Below, piece after piece: positions 14,132 to 27,543 of a DNA stretch of 64,000 nt. Each line of letters begins with the position of its first letter. Positions within the stretch are counted from its first letter, which is position 1. Source of the DNA: Octopus sinensis (Eukaryota); the NCBI RefSeq assembly GCF_006345805.1, contig NC_043005.1, positions 2,232,001 to 2,296,000 on the forward strand. The letters run 5' to 3'. The notes beneath the pieces are model-generated. The model saw only the letters and a list, made by a program, of their open reading frames with translations. It had not been told where the DNA came from and ran no database searches. The position numbers and the translations under genes were made by a program.

Positions 14132-14362
14132 GTAAAGCGAGTCGCCACATCAAAGTGGCAGATGAATGCAACTACTGGTTTAATCCCGAACGGATTCCGC
14201 ACCAGATGGTTTTCGGAGCAAGGTCTGCACCCTTTATATACAACATGTCGCTCGCAGTGGGGAGCAAACCCCTACCGTCCCCCAACAGCTGACGGGACCG
14301 CGGGACCGGCCAGTTTCGAGGAATTTGACTCGCGTCACCCGCGCGCAATCAAGAAAGGATGA
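14132..14362 (+). other. Unique CpG-rich island; weak candidate host exon
   Basis: Pyrimidine tract plus AG (ctctttttgttttaaacag) just upstream; one frame open to TGA at 14362; no homology recognised. Confidence 0.25.
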
Positions 14363-14516
14363 AAATTAAAACTAACATCGGCTGGATTTATAACTCAGAA
14401 GGAAAAGTCACTGGAACAAACACTGCACGGCATTTTGTTCGACGCACAAAATATTCTTTGTTGGTCGCCTTTCATAATAGAGAGAAACAAAGTGCAAAAG
14501 CAGAGATGTATAAATA

Positions 14517-14863
14517 GGTGCAGGCGTGACTGTGTGGTTAGAGGCTTGCTTCCCAACCGCATGGTTCCGGGTTCAGTCCCACTGCGTGACAACTTGAGCA
14601 CGCGTCTTCTGCTATGGCTTCGGCCCGACCAAAGCATTGTGAGTGGATTTGGTAGATGGAAACTGAAAGAAGCCTTAAAATCGCTTGACAACTGATGTTG
14701 ATGTGTTTACGCCCTCGTAACTTAGTGGTTCGGTAAAAGAGCCGATAGAATAAGTACTAGGCTTACAAAGTATAAGTCCTGGGGTCGATTTGTTCGACTA
14801 AAGGCGGTGATCCAGCATGGCCACAGTCAAAATGACTGAAACAAGTAAAAGAATAAAAGAATA
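14517..14863 (+). mobile_element. tRNA-type SINE (family 1)
   Basis: A/B-box-like head (tgtgtggttagag...ggttcagtccc); 3' end gcatggccacagtc...gtaaaagaataaaagaata. Confidence 0.85.
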
Positions 14864-14873
14864 TAAATATGAC

Positions 14874-15035
14874 ACAGGAGTAGTAGGGGTGTGGTAAGAA
14901 GACTACTTCCCAACCACATGGTTCCGGGTTCAGTCCCACTGCATGGAACATTGGCCAAGTGTCTTCTGCTTTAGATTTGGGCCGACGAAAGCTTTGTGAG
15001 TGGTTTTGATAGACAGAAACTGAAAAAAACCCGTC

Positions 15036-15075
<40 letters not shown>

Positions 15076-15230
15076 CGGTGTTGGTGTGTTTATTACCCCG
15101 TAACTTAGCGGTTTGGAATGAGACCGATAGAATAAATACCAGGCTTAGGAAATAAGTACGGTTCACTCCACTGAAAATTCGTCAAGGCGGTGCCCCAGCA
15201 TGGCCGCAGTCAATTAAAAGATAAAGATAG
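14874..15230 (+). mobile_element. tRNA-type SINE (family 1), second adjacent copy with internal (TA)n
   Basis: Diverged direct repeat of 14517-14863. Confidence 0.85.
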
Positions 15231-15424
15231 AAAGTTCGACATAAAACTAGAGACTGAGAGCGTGGACACTCTCGGTTAAATCAATATCAGTATTTGATTG
15301 GTTCTTTATTTTATCGATTTGAACTCAGAAACCAAAGTCTACAATAAAAATGTGGTATTTTTTCCTTTTTTTATGCCGTAAATTTATTCTTTTAACAATA
15401 ATGGTAAGAACACTTGTTGCAAGT

Positions 15425-15565
15425 GCGCGTAGATTGGAGGTTAGTGTGCTCAGTTCGTAATCAACAAGTTGTGGTTTCAAATTCTGGACTGGGCAGCGTG
15501 CAGCGTCCTTGAGAAAGGCACTTCATTTCATCTTGCATCAGTCTATTCAGCTGTAAATGGGCACC
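15425..15565 (+). mobile_element. SINE fragment with CORE-like central domain
   Basis: tRNA-like head then gtccttgagaaaggcactt...ctgtaaatggg. Confidence 0.55.
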
Positions 15566-15589
15566 ATTTTTCTCTCAATCTGTGCCATT

Positions 15590-16185
15590 TGGTCGAAGAT
15601 ATGGACGACATCGAAAATACCCTTTCCCTGCTCCTTTCTTGTTCCTTAGGACAACAGACACAAAGTATCCCCAGTCAACTTCATCACACCTGATGTCCCC
15701 ACTAACCTTTCGTTGAACTCCCGAGGAGACAGCATTTCTCTTTTCTCTCACCTGATCTCCACCCTCCAGTTGTACTTGGAGAAATTAATGAGAGCTTGAC
15801 CAGAGTACAAAAGAAGCAGCCATCAAAACATTCAAACGAGTCCACCACAACTTCTTTTAGTTCTCAGCCAAACTAAAACTGATCGCCCGTCCCTTTGCAG
15901 GGAAGGGGACACATTCATCTTCACTTTTCATATAACGTACAACCGGATTCGTTTAACGTGCGAACGCAACTCCCAATACAAGTTTCGTTTTGTTGAGTGC
16001 ATCACGGAGAGATCCGGCTTTTGCCACTGACGTTCCAGTTCTTCCTGACTACGACCCTTGTGTAACATTGACGTCTTAAGGACTTTTCCTGATTGTTTAT
16101 GGTGCCCAAGTTGGAAGTTCTCTAGAAGAGATTGCTTAGACTCGTCAACACATAAAGACAATCTTAGGTCACCATCGCCTTACAG
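15590..16185 (-). mobile_element. Tx1/L1-like LINE 3' remnant
   Basis: Minus-strand frames KEVV-WTRL...REREMLSPREFNER and LCVDE...RQCY align by eye to the ORFs at 3993-4741. Confidence 0.6.
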
Positions 16186-16276
16186 CAGCAGCAATAAAAA
16201 GAAACATAATTTTAACCGGAAAAATAGGAGATATTCAATGAATGAAGGAATAAATAAATAAATAAATACTAACGGA

Positions 16277-16478
16277 TTCAAATTTTGGCACAAGGCCAGT
16301 AAGTTCGGGAGGGGGGGGTAAATCGATTTCATCAGCCCCAGCGCTCGACAAATACTTATCGACCCCGAAGGATGAAAGGCAAAGTTGACAGGGGCGGAAT
16401 TTCATCTAAGAACGTAGAGGCGGACGAAATGCCGCAAACAATTTCAGGGTGTGCTAACGATTCTGCCAACTCGCTACC

Positions 16479-16480
<2 letters not shown>
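16277..16480 (-). mobile_element. tRNA-type SINE (family 2), diverged
   Basis: Reverse complement of the family-2 sequence (ccccgaaggatgaaaggcaaagttgac; gtgctaacgattctgccaactcg). Confidence 0.8.
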
Positions 16481-16521
<41 letters not shown>

Positions 16522-16679
16522 CAACAACAACAGCAACAACAACAACAACAATTGCAGGGGGGTAGAGAGAAAGGAAGAAAGAAAAGAAACAGAGTGTAGA
16601 GTCGCAGAAATTATAAGTAAAAGTAAAAATTTACTGTGGACAAGGCTGCGTGGCGTTCGTTTATATATATATATAAGAG

Positions 16680-16768
<89 letters not shown>

Positions 16769-18125
16769 CATACATACATACACACATACATACATATACA
16801 TACATATTCTTTTCCTAACGAAACCTCCTAAACAGTAAATGACGCATATATATTTATTTTCTAACGATTGTGGTGTGATCTGCACATCATATCTGCATTC
16901 ACATGGCGTTTTCTACATTTGATGTAGTCGTCAGTCTGCAGCAAGGGTCATAGTTTAGACAAACACTGTAGAAGATTAGTTAGAAAGATTCTGAGCGTAC
17001 AGTGTTTGCTGACATTGTAACTGGCAGAAGAATTATTGAAATAGCTATCGGGAAGATAAATGTTGGTCGGAAGTTCTTTTGAACAAACAGGATGGTTCTA
17101 GAATCATACGATTCCCTCAGTAGAACATTCCCAGTGATGAAGAAACCGTAAAAGTCGAAAGAAAATTATCCTTGCATCTCAGCTTTGGAAGTTGCCTTCT
17201 GGGATAACAACGGGAGGAATGGAGAGAGATGGAGTAGTAGTCGGAGTTGGAAGAAGATGAGAGGGAGTAGGTGAGAGAGCGGGTGAAAGAGTGGAAGAAG
17301 TAGTGAAAGGGAGAGTGTGCGTGTAAATGGTGGATGGAGCTGTCAGAGGAGACGAAACAATAAAATGTTTAAAAATGGATTTTTTTAAAGTGAGAAAGTT
17401 TTTTTATTGCATTTTTCTCTTTTAAAAATTCCCTCCCTCACCCTCTCTCTTTCCCTCCCCCTCCTCTCTTTCTCTCCTTCCTTCACCCTTTCTCCCTCAC
17501 TTTCTCAATCTCTCTCTCTAGCCACTCTTTCTTCTTCCTTCGTCCCCCCTCTCTTCCTCTCCTACTCCTTCCCAGTCTTTCTTTCCTCCTCTTTTCCTTT
17601 CTTTATCATTAATTAAAATCTCAATCTTTCCTAAATTGCTCTCCTAAACAACTCTCCATACCGCAATCCTACTTTCACTTTCAACTCTCCAGATTTTCGC
17701 TTATTTCAATGATTCATTCTTTTTTTTTTATTTCTCGACTTTCACTTCTCACTTTGGATTCCTTTCTTTCCTCGAGTATTCTTCACTTCTCCTCCTTCTA
17801 ATCACCCTCTGTCTCTCTACCTGTCTCTCTCTTTCACTCTTTCTCTCTCCTATTCATATTTTTTTCTATATTCTCAAATCTCAAATAAATAAATTTTATT
17901 CACACACACCCATCCGTACCTTTAGTTGATGTTTATATATTATCACTTTTATCTCCATTTTCTTACTTTTCCTTAAATACAGATAAACTTCGATTCATTC
18001 CTTTCCTTACCTACCATTTATGAGCATTAATACTAATACTCATAATCACATATAGCTAATACACCGGTAATTCATTGGATATAAATATCCCCGAGGCGGT
18101 TTTTATAACCTCTAATTGAACTCAC

Positions 18126-18127
<2 letters not shown>

Positions 18128-18158
<31 letters not shown>

Positions 18159-18245
18159 TATATATAATATATATATATATTATATAAAGTATATGTATCT
18201 ATAAATAATAATATATATTATATATATATTATATATAAGTATATA

Positions 18246-18277
<32 letters not shown>

Positions 18278-18315
18278 TGTACATATGTACTATATATATA
18301 TATATATATATGTAC

Positions 18316-18355
<40 letters not shown>

Positions 18356-18389
18356 TATATATAATATATATATATATATATACATATGT

Positions 18390-18434
<45 letters not shown>

Positions 18435-18544
18435 CTTACATAATATATATATATAATATATACATATACTTATATATATATATTATATATATATATTGTA
18501 CATATGTATATATATATATTATATAATATATAATATACATATGT

Positions 18545-18595
<51 letters not shown>

Positions 18596-18690
18596 TATTA
18601 TATATATATACTTACATATATATATATATAATATATATAATATACTTACATATATATATATAATATATATATATATAATATATATATACT

Positions 18691-18735
<45 letters not shown>
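18128..18735. repeat. Long imperfect (TA)n
   Basis: Direct reading. Confidence 0.95.
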
Positions 18736-18738
<3 letters not shown>

Positions 18739-18849
18739 TGTAAATCAGCACAAAGCCTAAGGATGCAAAAAAGCATCAATCTGCTAGAAATAAGAGTTAA
18801 AGTCTTAATTAAATCACCGTAAAGCACCGTAAAGTACTATTCTTCTTAT

Positions 18850-19730
18850 TGTATTGCATGTAGTATTTTATTTTACTTTTTATATCCAATATTTTCTAAG
18901 GTAATGTTGTACCGGTCTTGGTGCTTATTAAATATGTTCTCAGAAGAAAGATAAGTTATTCTTTTAATAATATTATATCTAAGAGCCTCTTTGATTAATC
19001 TAGGCTGGTTACTTTGGGAATGTATATATTTAAGGTCATAGCTCGGTTTAACGAAAGATTCATGTATACCAGTTGCTAAGTTACAGTTAACTGTTATATG
19101 AAGTTCTGTAACTCCCGGTATTTTTACTTTTTAATTTATGGCCTAACCAAAATACTCCAACAGTATTATATATTCAACTTACGCCGGTAGTAGCATTCCC
19201 CCACCCCCGTATATAGGCATATACCAATAATTATTATAACTATTCTAATTGTATAACTAAATTTTGTAGTCAATCGAAAGGTTTTCATAGGGAAAGCATC
19301 TACTGCTGTCTTGCTTTCGTCCATTGACCATCCCTGCTTGAATTCGCTGTGCTTTCTCTTGAATTTCCAACGAGAAAAATAGTTTCCGCTTAGAAAGATT
19401 CCGAGGTTCCACCGTATATATACACATATTTTCGTATATTTATTTTTACCATATAAAAATTATTTTTATATAAAAGGTAGACTACCACAGACTTAATGGA
19501 AGATTTGTATTAATGTGTCAGAGATGTTGTTTGGTTACCAATGGAGAACTTGCTTAGTTTTGTAGCGACAGAATGGTCTTTGTTTTGGGGGTTCCTTACA
19601 ATGGGATTTTATTGTTTTTTGGAACGGATATTCGATGGAGTTTTAAATATCATCTTTCATTGAAACATATTAGAGTTTCACTTTCTTCTTCTCGTGGGAA
19701 GTATTTGTAACTCAGAAATATATTTTAAAC
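18850..19730 (-). mobile_element. Penelope-like RT remnant
   Basis: Broken minus frames read NLATGIHESFVKP...SNQPRLIKE...IIKRITYLSSENIFNKH..YNITLENIGY, resembling the Penelope RT C-terminus. Confidence 0.55.
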
Positions 19731-19759
19731 ATAGATCTTAGAAACAGTCCAAAATCATC

Positions 19760-20050
19760 AACATCACCATCAGCAGCAGCAGCAGTAGCAGCATTTAGCA
19801 TCTGCCTTCCATGTTGGTATGGTCTGGAAGGTTTTACAAGAGCTGGCAAGCCGGAGAGCAGCACCAGACTTTACTGTTTTAGCATGGTCTCTGCAGTTGG
19901 ATGCCCTTCCTAATGCCCAACGCTCTGCTGAGTGGACTGGGTGCTTTTTACGTGGCACCAACAACAGCAAGGTCTCTGCGTAACTTGCGAGATGAAGGCC
20001 TCTCAGATGGAAGAGGGAGTGGAGCAACGGGAGGTGGCTTTGGGTCGGTT
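19760..20050 (-). mobile_element. SINE/retroposon 3' part with trinucleotide tail
   Basis: ggatgcccttcctaatgcccaac motif (typical of a SINE minus strand) next to (CAT/CAG)n. Confidence 0.55.
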
Positions 20051-20559
20051 GAGAGATTAACGCATGCCAGAAGGATAGGAATAAATGTCTTACTGTAGAG
20101 GGGGATACTTAGCTACACCAGTAGGAAGAGAGAGAGAGAGAGAGAGAGGTGGAAAGAGAAAGTTAGAGAGAAAGATAAAGAGAGAGAGAGAGAGTGAGAG
20201 AGAAAGATAGTGACAGAGATAAATAGATGGCGTTGGAGATGCATCGAAACCTGCTTTTAGATAGCAGTGAGTGGGAGAATGGGTGGTAGAGAGGGGATTG
20301 AAGAGGGTGTTCCATAGGAGTGTAAAGGGAGACATTTAGAAATTGTGAAGAGGTGATTGTAGCAAGTGATGGTGGGAGAATTGGAGTGGCTGGGGGTGAT
20401 GCATGGAAAGGATGCGGATAGGAGCAGAAGGGAGAAAAATGAACATCGATTCTGTTTCCCTAAAACACATAAAACCATTGTACATAACAAAGCTGTTCCT
20501 ATCGCTTCGAGTCTTTTGGCCATGATAGTTATTTCATCAGTTACAGACGTAAATATGCT

Positions 20560-21210
20560 TTATTCCAAATCAAAATGAATCCAAAAAATTCTGTTTGTAA
20601 AAGTTCAGCCATTTTTTTAGCAAGTAAATTCCATAAATTCTAATTATTTCTGACTTATTCCAGAATTTACCAAATGCGTCTACATTTGTATCGATACGCC
20701 TGTGACTCCACGAAGTTGTACAGTCGCCTCGAGAAATATTGAATTCTTTAGAGTTCTTTTTGTTGAATATTTCTGTAATCAGAATATTTTTCAAATCACA
20801 TCGATGATGAAACTTTTATTTTAAACGAGAACCATTCTTTAGTAAAAAAACAAAACAATCTTTACCTGTAAAAGCCTTCTTAATAAAATCACATTTAAAA
20901 TTAATAAATGCATATTCATGTAATGTTTATCAATAGCGACTAATTACGGTTCTGTTTACTCATTACTTTCTGACTGTTTTTCATTAATATCATTTCCTGT
21001 TGGTCGATTTTCTCAGAATGAGGATCTTCTCTTTCAATTGAACTAATTTCTCGTCAAATGTTTTCGGTGAACAATCATTAAATGGTGTCAAAATCGTTTC
21101 CAAGCACTTCAAGACATCTTTAGAATTTATAATAAATTTCTAAATAATTCAGTCAGGAATCGCTGGAAAATACTTCAAAATTTCATTGCATTTTTTAAGC
21201 AAATTTCACC
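20560..21210 (-). other. Possible decayed transposase remnant
   Basis: Broken coding-like frames (KDVLKCLETILTPFNDCSPKTFDEKLVQLKEKIL); family not securely recognised. Confidence 0.2.
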
Positions 21211-21295
21211 GGCATTTCACCCGGTAGCCACAGAAAACTCAGTCGACCCCCCACCCCGTACACACATATATATATGTGTGTGTAGTGTGTTTATG

Positions 21296-21333
<38 letters not shown>

Positions 21334-21503
21334 GACACACGACGTCACGAAACGTGTACAACAAAGAAATACGAAGCACGAGTACATGGAACATGAACTA
21401 ATATTTCGAACATCCAAAGACACAAATGGAAGACAACAAAATCAACATAAAGAACGACCCTTCACCAGTTATTGTCTGTTTTTCTACTCTCGTATTTCAG
21501 GAA

Positions 21504-21627
<124 letters not shown>

Positions 21628-21657
21628 ATATATATATATATAATATATATATGTATG

Positions 21658-21769
<112 letters not shown>

Positions 21770-21776
21770 AACTAAG

Positions 21777-21825
21777 AAAGGTTTTGGCCAGTATTGGCCC
21801 AGGCCATGTCTAACTTAATAGCACG
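21777..21825 (-). mobile_element. CR1-like LINE extreme 3' tip
   Basis: ggcccaggccatgtctaacttaatagcac is identical to 50874-50902. Confidence 0.8.
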
Positions 21826-21970
21826 TGTATGTAAGGTAAAGGTCAAATCTCCTCGAGTCAAGCCGATTCATACGGGCAAGGTCGGTGTTCTAGGTTTCTA
21901 TGGCGTATATCCCCACCCCTGGACGGGACGCCGGTCCGTCGCAGGATTGCTCAATTTTACGAGCTGAAAA
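21826..21970 (-). mobile_element. SINE fragment
   Basis: aaggtaaagg...ccccacccctggacgggacgccggtccgtcgcagg pattern of a SINE minus strand. Confidence 0.5.
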
Positions 21971-22237
21971 ATATATTTTAATGGATCTTCCTCAACTCCG
22001 ACATATTTTACATCAACCCACGGCGCCGGAAATGATGAAAACCCATGTTGATTTGTACTCAGAACTTAGGCTTTTGCACGGAATTCTTTACGACACTCTA
22101 ATAGCTTTGCCATGTTTACACCAAATGTGCATATGTATGTGCTTATGTGTATGTAGACATACGTATAAACATACATATATACATACATACGTATGTATGT
22201 GTGTATATACTTTATTATGTATATGAATATATGTCTG

Positions 22238-22268
<31 letters not shown>

Positions 22269-22367
22269 TATATCTATATATATATATATGTATATATACA
22301 TATATACATATATGCGTATGTATGGGTGTGTGTATGTGTGCATGTATATATCTATAGAAGCAGGTGC

Positions 22368-22423
<56 letters not shown>

Positions 22424-22735
22424 GTATAGAAGAATATAAATATATACATAGAAACATACGTATATATTTATATATGTATGCATACAGTTATGTGTGTAGG
22501 CCCAGCCTATTCTTACCAATAAATCAATCCAACCGGATTTCCCCTTCCTTTAATAACTCACATTCTCTTCCCCACCCCCGCGCCTTCTTTTCGTCCTCCT
22601 CCTCTCCTTTCAATCGCTGATGAAATTTCGTTTGGAGACGAGCAAACGATTCTGAAACTGTCAATTATATATACGTGTTGTGTGTGTGTGTTTGTATGTA
22701 TTTATAATATATATCTACACAAGCAGATGCATATG

Positions 22736-22769
<34 letters not shown>

Positions 22770-22841
22770 GAGAAACACAAACATATATCTAAAGACAGAC
22801 TCTCACGTCAGTCCTGTATATATGTGTATATACATACATAG

Positions 22842-22875
<34 letters not shown>

Positions 22876-22967
22876 GTATATATATATTCATAATGCATAC
22901 ATATCTATACGTATGCATGCATACTTACTAAAGATATATATAGTTATATATAATATATATACATATA

Positions 22968-23020
<53 letters not shown>

Positions 23021-23159
23021 TTACGTGTGTATTTGTTTGTATGTACATATATCCATATGTGAGTGTGTATGTATGTGTATGTATCTATATATATCTTAAT
23101 GTATAAGTGTACGTGTACTTGTATATATGTGTGTACATTTGTGTATATATATACATACA

Positions 23160-23220
<61 letters not shown>

Positions 23221-23429
23221 ACACGCGCGCGCGCAAGCAGGCATTGACATACAGCATAGAAACTTAATGTATGCACGCACCACACCTTCCTTCACGCTGC
23301 CTGTTGTGGTCACCCTGTACATCAAGACCAACGTTGATTTATCAAACAGAGTTTACCTCCTTACTCCATCCATCAAACACAAGAATCTCGTCTTTTTGCT
23401 ACTCACGGAATCTCATTACCACTACTGCT

Positions 23430-23472
23430 GCTGCTGCACTGCTACTACTAGTAGTAATTGTAGCAACAGCAC

Positions 23473-23539
<67 letters not shown>

Positions 23540-23633
23540 TGTAGTAGTAGTAACAGCAGCAGCAGTTCTGCCTTTGATAATAAATTGTAATAATGATGAT
23601 GACGACGATGATGATGATGATGATGATGATGAC

Positions 23634-23685
<52 letters not shown>

Positions 23686-23697
23686 GTAATGATGATG

Positions 23698-23779
<82 letters not shown>

Positions 23780-23790
23780 TAATAATAATA
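23430..23790. repeat. Compound trinucleotide microsatellite (TAG)n-(GAT)n-(AAC)n-(AAT)n
   Basis: Direct reading. Confidence 0.95.
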
Positions 23791-23791
23791 A

Positions 23792-24681
23792 AAACAAGCT
23801 GATATCGACCAGAAACACACGCACCAATGGTTACGAAGCTCAGGGCTAAAAGCAGAGAGTGAAGGTTTCATATTAGCTGCTCAAGACCAAAGCTTATTAA
23901 CCCGAAACTACCAAGCCTATGTGATAAAAAAATGGAGCTGACCCAAAATGCACATTCTGTAACGATGAGATTGAAACAATAGACCACCTAATTTCAGGGT
24001 GTAGAGTCTTAGCACCTGCAGAATATAAAGCAAGACATGACAGAGTCGGCCAGTATTTACATTAGACAATATGTCGGCATTATAAAATCAAAACCGCTGA
24101 CAAATGGTATAAATACCATCCTGAAGCTGTGACTGAGGGAGAAAAAGTGTCGATTCTATGGGACTTCCCCGTGCAGACCGACAGGACTATAAAAGCTAAT
24201 AAACCGGATATTATTATAAAAGATCAGACAAAAAGAATGTGTTTATTAATTGACATGAGTATTCCTTGCGATCACAATATAGCGGCGAAAGAATTTGACA
24301 AGATTAGTAAATATAAAGACCTGCTAATGGAAATTGAAAAAATGTGGCATCTCAAGGCGACTACAGTACCAGTGATTGTAGGATCTCTAGGAATGATAAT
24401 AAAAGGTACTGAAACCTATTTGAAAATGATTCCAGACTTACTATCACTACAGGAAGTGCAAAAAATCGTTTTAACTGGAACGGCTCATGTACTGAGAAGA
24501 ATATTATAGCTGTGAAAATAACATCCATTCATGAAATATTTATTAATTTTTAAATACATATTTTGTCTGTGAATTTGCGCGTGTAATCTGGGGATGCATG
24601 CAATGATCTTCTCTGCCCTAGGTGTATGGAAAACACTCGTCGAGAAACGGAAGAAAATTTGATGAAAGAAGGAAAATTATC
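23792..24681 (+). mobile_element. Dong/R4-like lineage A, 5'-truncated (zinc knuckle plus RLE plus 3' UTR)
   Basis: WLRSSGLKAESEGFILAAQDQ, CxxC...HxxxxC, ANKPDIII...LIDMSIP...KISKYKDL; (TAA)n on both sides. Confidence 0.9.
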
Positions 24682-24742
<61 letters not shown>

Positions 24743-24771
24743 TTATAATAATAATAATAATAATAATAATA

Positions 24772-24872
24772 GCCTGGTGTACCCTTATCAGACGGGTAGT
24801 CATGATGGGTATATTGGGCTTCGTATATTTTACCCCAGTGTCACTTTGATGGCATGAACTACTCTCTCACTC
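24772..24872 (+). mobile_element. Non-coding TAA-tailed element X, 3' 101 nt
   Basis: Two mismatches versus 58041-58141; (TAA)n on both sides. Confidence 0.85.
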
Positions 24873-24940
<68 letters not shown>

Positions 24941-24950
24941 TAATAATAAT

Positions 24951-27525
24951 AAAAAACAAACAGTTCAAATCCGACCCCAAAAAGTTCTACCAAGAACTTG
25001 GCAAGAATAAAATAGACATCACTGCAGCACCAACGGCAGAAGAAGTGGAAGAATTCTGTAAAGAAATATGGTCGGCGAATGACAACCAAACAACAGGAGT
25101 ATTAAAACAACAAACATAGCATCTGAGCAACTTTGGACCCCCATAACAACTGAAGAGCTCACCCAGGCACTGCGAAGACTAAGCAACTGGAAGGCACCTG
25201 GGCATGACAAGATCTCCAACTTCTGGTTGAAATATCTAACAGGAATGCACAAAAAGCTGGTTGAAAGCTTTAACAACATACTGGCAGAGCCAGAGACAAT
25301 GCCTCAATGGCTCACGAAGAGGAAAACCATCTTAATTCCCAAATCAAATGAAACAACAAAACCAGAAAACTACAGACCAATAACCTGTCTCCCTACAATA
25401 TACAAGGCATTTACTGCAGTGATATCACAAAGATTAAACAAGCACCTGGACGAAAACAACCTGTTTCCAGAAGAGCAGAAAGGATGCCGCAAAGGCTCAT
25501 ATGGCTGTAAAGATCAACTAATGATCAATAAAGCCATTACTGAAGACAGCCACAGAAAGAAGAAAGGCCTCAGTATGGCCTGGATCGACTACAGAAAGGC
25601 GTTTGATAGCATCCCCCACACATGGATCCTCGAAACACTAGCCATTAACAAAGTAGCACCAACAATCATAAAATTCATTGGGCACTCTATGAATAAATGG
25701 CAAACAGTGCTACAGCTCCAAACAAAAGAGGGACTCATGAAAACTAAAGCCATCCCCATTAGAAGAGGAATATTCCAGGGAGACACGCTCTCTCCACTCC
25801 TTTTCTGCTTGGCACTGTCACCTCTATCTGATATGCTAAATAGAACTGGATGCAGATATAAATGTTACGGCAAAACGATCAACCACCTTTTATATATGGA
25901 TGACTTAAAACTATACGCTGCAAATGACAAACAGCTGGAAACACTATTAAAGACAGTTCATGGATTTACCAAAGAAATAGATATGAAATTTGGATTAGAA
26001 AAATGCGCCAAAGTAACCATGAAAAGAGGAAAACTAGTTAAGAGTAACAACATCACACTAGATAAAACCAATGAAATAAAAGAATTAGACCAAAGCCAAA
26101 CTTACAAATACTTAGGAATCCATGAACTAGATAAGACACAACACACACAAATGAAAGAGAAAATAAAGAAAGAATATTATAGACGAGTTAGATCAATACG
26201 AAAAACAGAGCCCAATGCTAAAAGCAAGATAATAGTTATTAACACTTTAGCTGTCCCAGTAATAAGTTATAGCTACAATATCCTTAACTGGACACTAAAT
26301 GAACTGACCAAAATAGATAGGAAAACAAGAAAAATACTGACAAGATCTAGGATGCATCACCCAAAATCTGACATAGAAAGACTATATATACAACGTATAG
26401 AAGGTGGTAGAGGCCTTATCCAACTGGAAAACTACTATAAAATAACCACCATAGGACTTCAAAAATATCTACTTCAGAAGGAAGGAAAACTGATACAAAT
26501 AGCGGCAAAACACGAGCAAAACAAAAAACTGTTCTCAGTATTTAAGGAAGCTGACAAATACAAACAAGAAATCATACCACCTAACAAATATGAAGAAGAA
26601 GAAGATGAAGAAACAACAAAAGCTATAAAACAAATGAAATCCAAACTAAACCTAGAACAGCAAAGAACCATGATAAAACGATGGCAAGAAAAGCCCCTTC
26701 ATGACGAATACTGGACTAAACTAAATGCAAAAGAAATAGACAAAAAAAATCCCAGCAATGGTTGAGAAGCTCAGGACTCAAAGCAGAAACAGAGGGATTT
26801 TTAATTGCAGCACAAGACCAAAGCCTCCCCACTAGAAATTACCAAAAACATGTAATGAAAAGAAATATAACAAGTAACTGCAGAATATGTGGAGATGGAC
26901 AAGAAACAATAAATCATATTATCTCTGGCTGCCCAGTCTTAGCTAAGAAGGAATATATTCACAGACACGACAGAGTTGGGTGCTACATACATTGGAAGCT
27001 ATGCCAACATTATGGAATAACAACAGAGAAAAGATGGTATAGGCACACACCAGAAAAGCTCACAGAAAACGAGAAAGCAACCATACTGTGGGATATGGCG
27101 ATACACAACAGACCAGATATAGTTGTCAGAGATCATGAAGAAAAAGAAATGCATTCTAATTGATGTATCAATACCGGCAGATGACAACGTGTCTCTAAAA
27201 GAAATGGAGAAACTCTCAAAATACAAAGACCTGGAAATAGAGGTAACCAGAATGTGGAATCTGAAAACAGAAACAATTCCTATCATTGTAGGTGCATTAG
27301 ACATGATAAAAAATTATTCGGACAAATACATAACAAAACCACCAGGACTTACAAACACATATAACATACAGAAAATTGCACTACTAGGCACTGCACACAT
27401 CCTACGCAGAACACTTTCCATACAATAACCATCAGAGCATCACAACAAGTCACAGCACATACCTAAGGCACACAGAGCTGCGCTCGGTAGTGAAGTGAAA
27501 GCACGCTATAAAGAATATACTACTG
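24951..27525 (+). mobile_element. Dong/R4-like lineage B, 5'-truncated RT-RLE
   Basis: ORF 25227-26765 (NYRPITCL, WIDYRKAFDS, RRGIFQGDTLSPLLF, HLLYMDDLKL), then 26762-27163 and 27123-27428 (RPDIVV..IDVSIP..KLSKYKDL); (TAA)n tail. Confidence 0.93.
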
Positions 27526-27543
27526 AATAATAATAATAATAAT

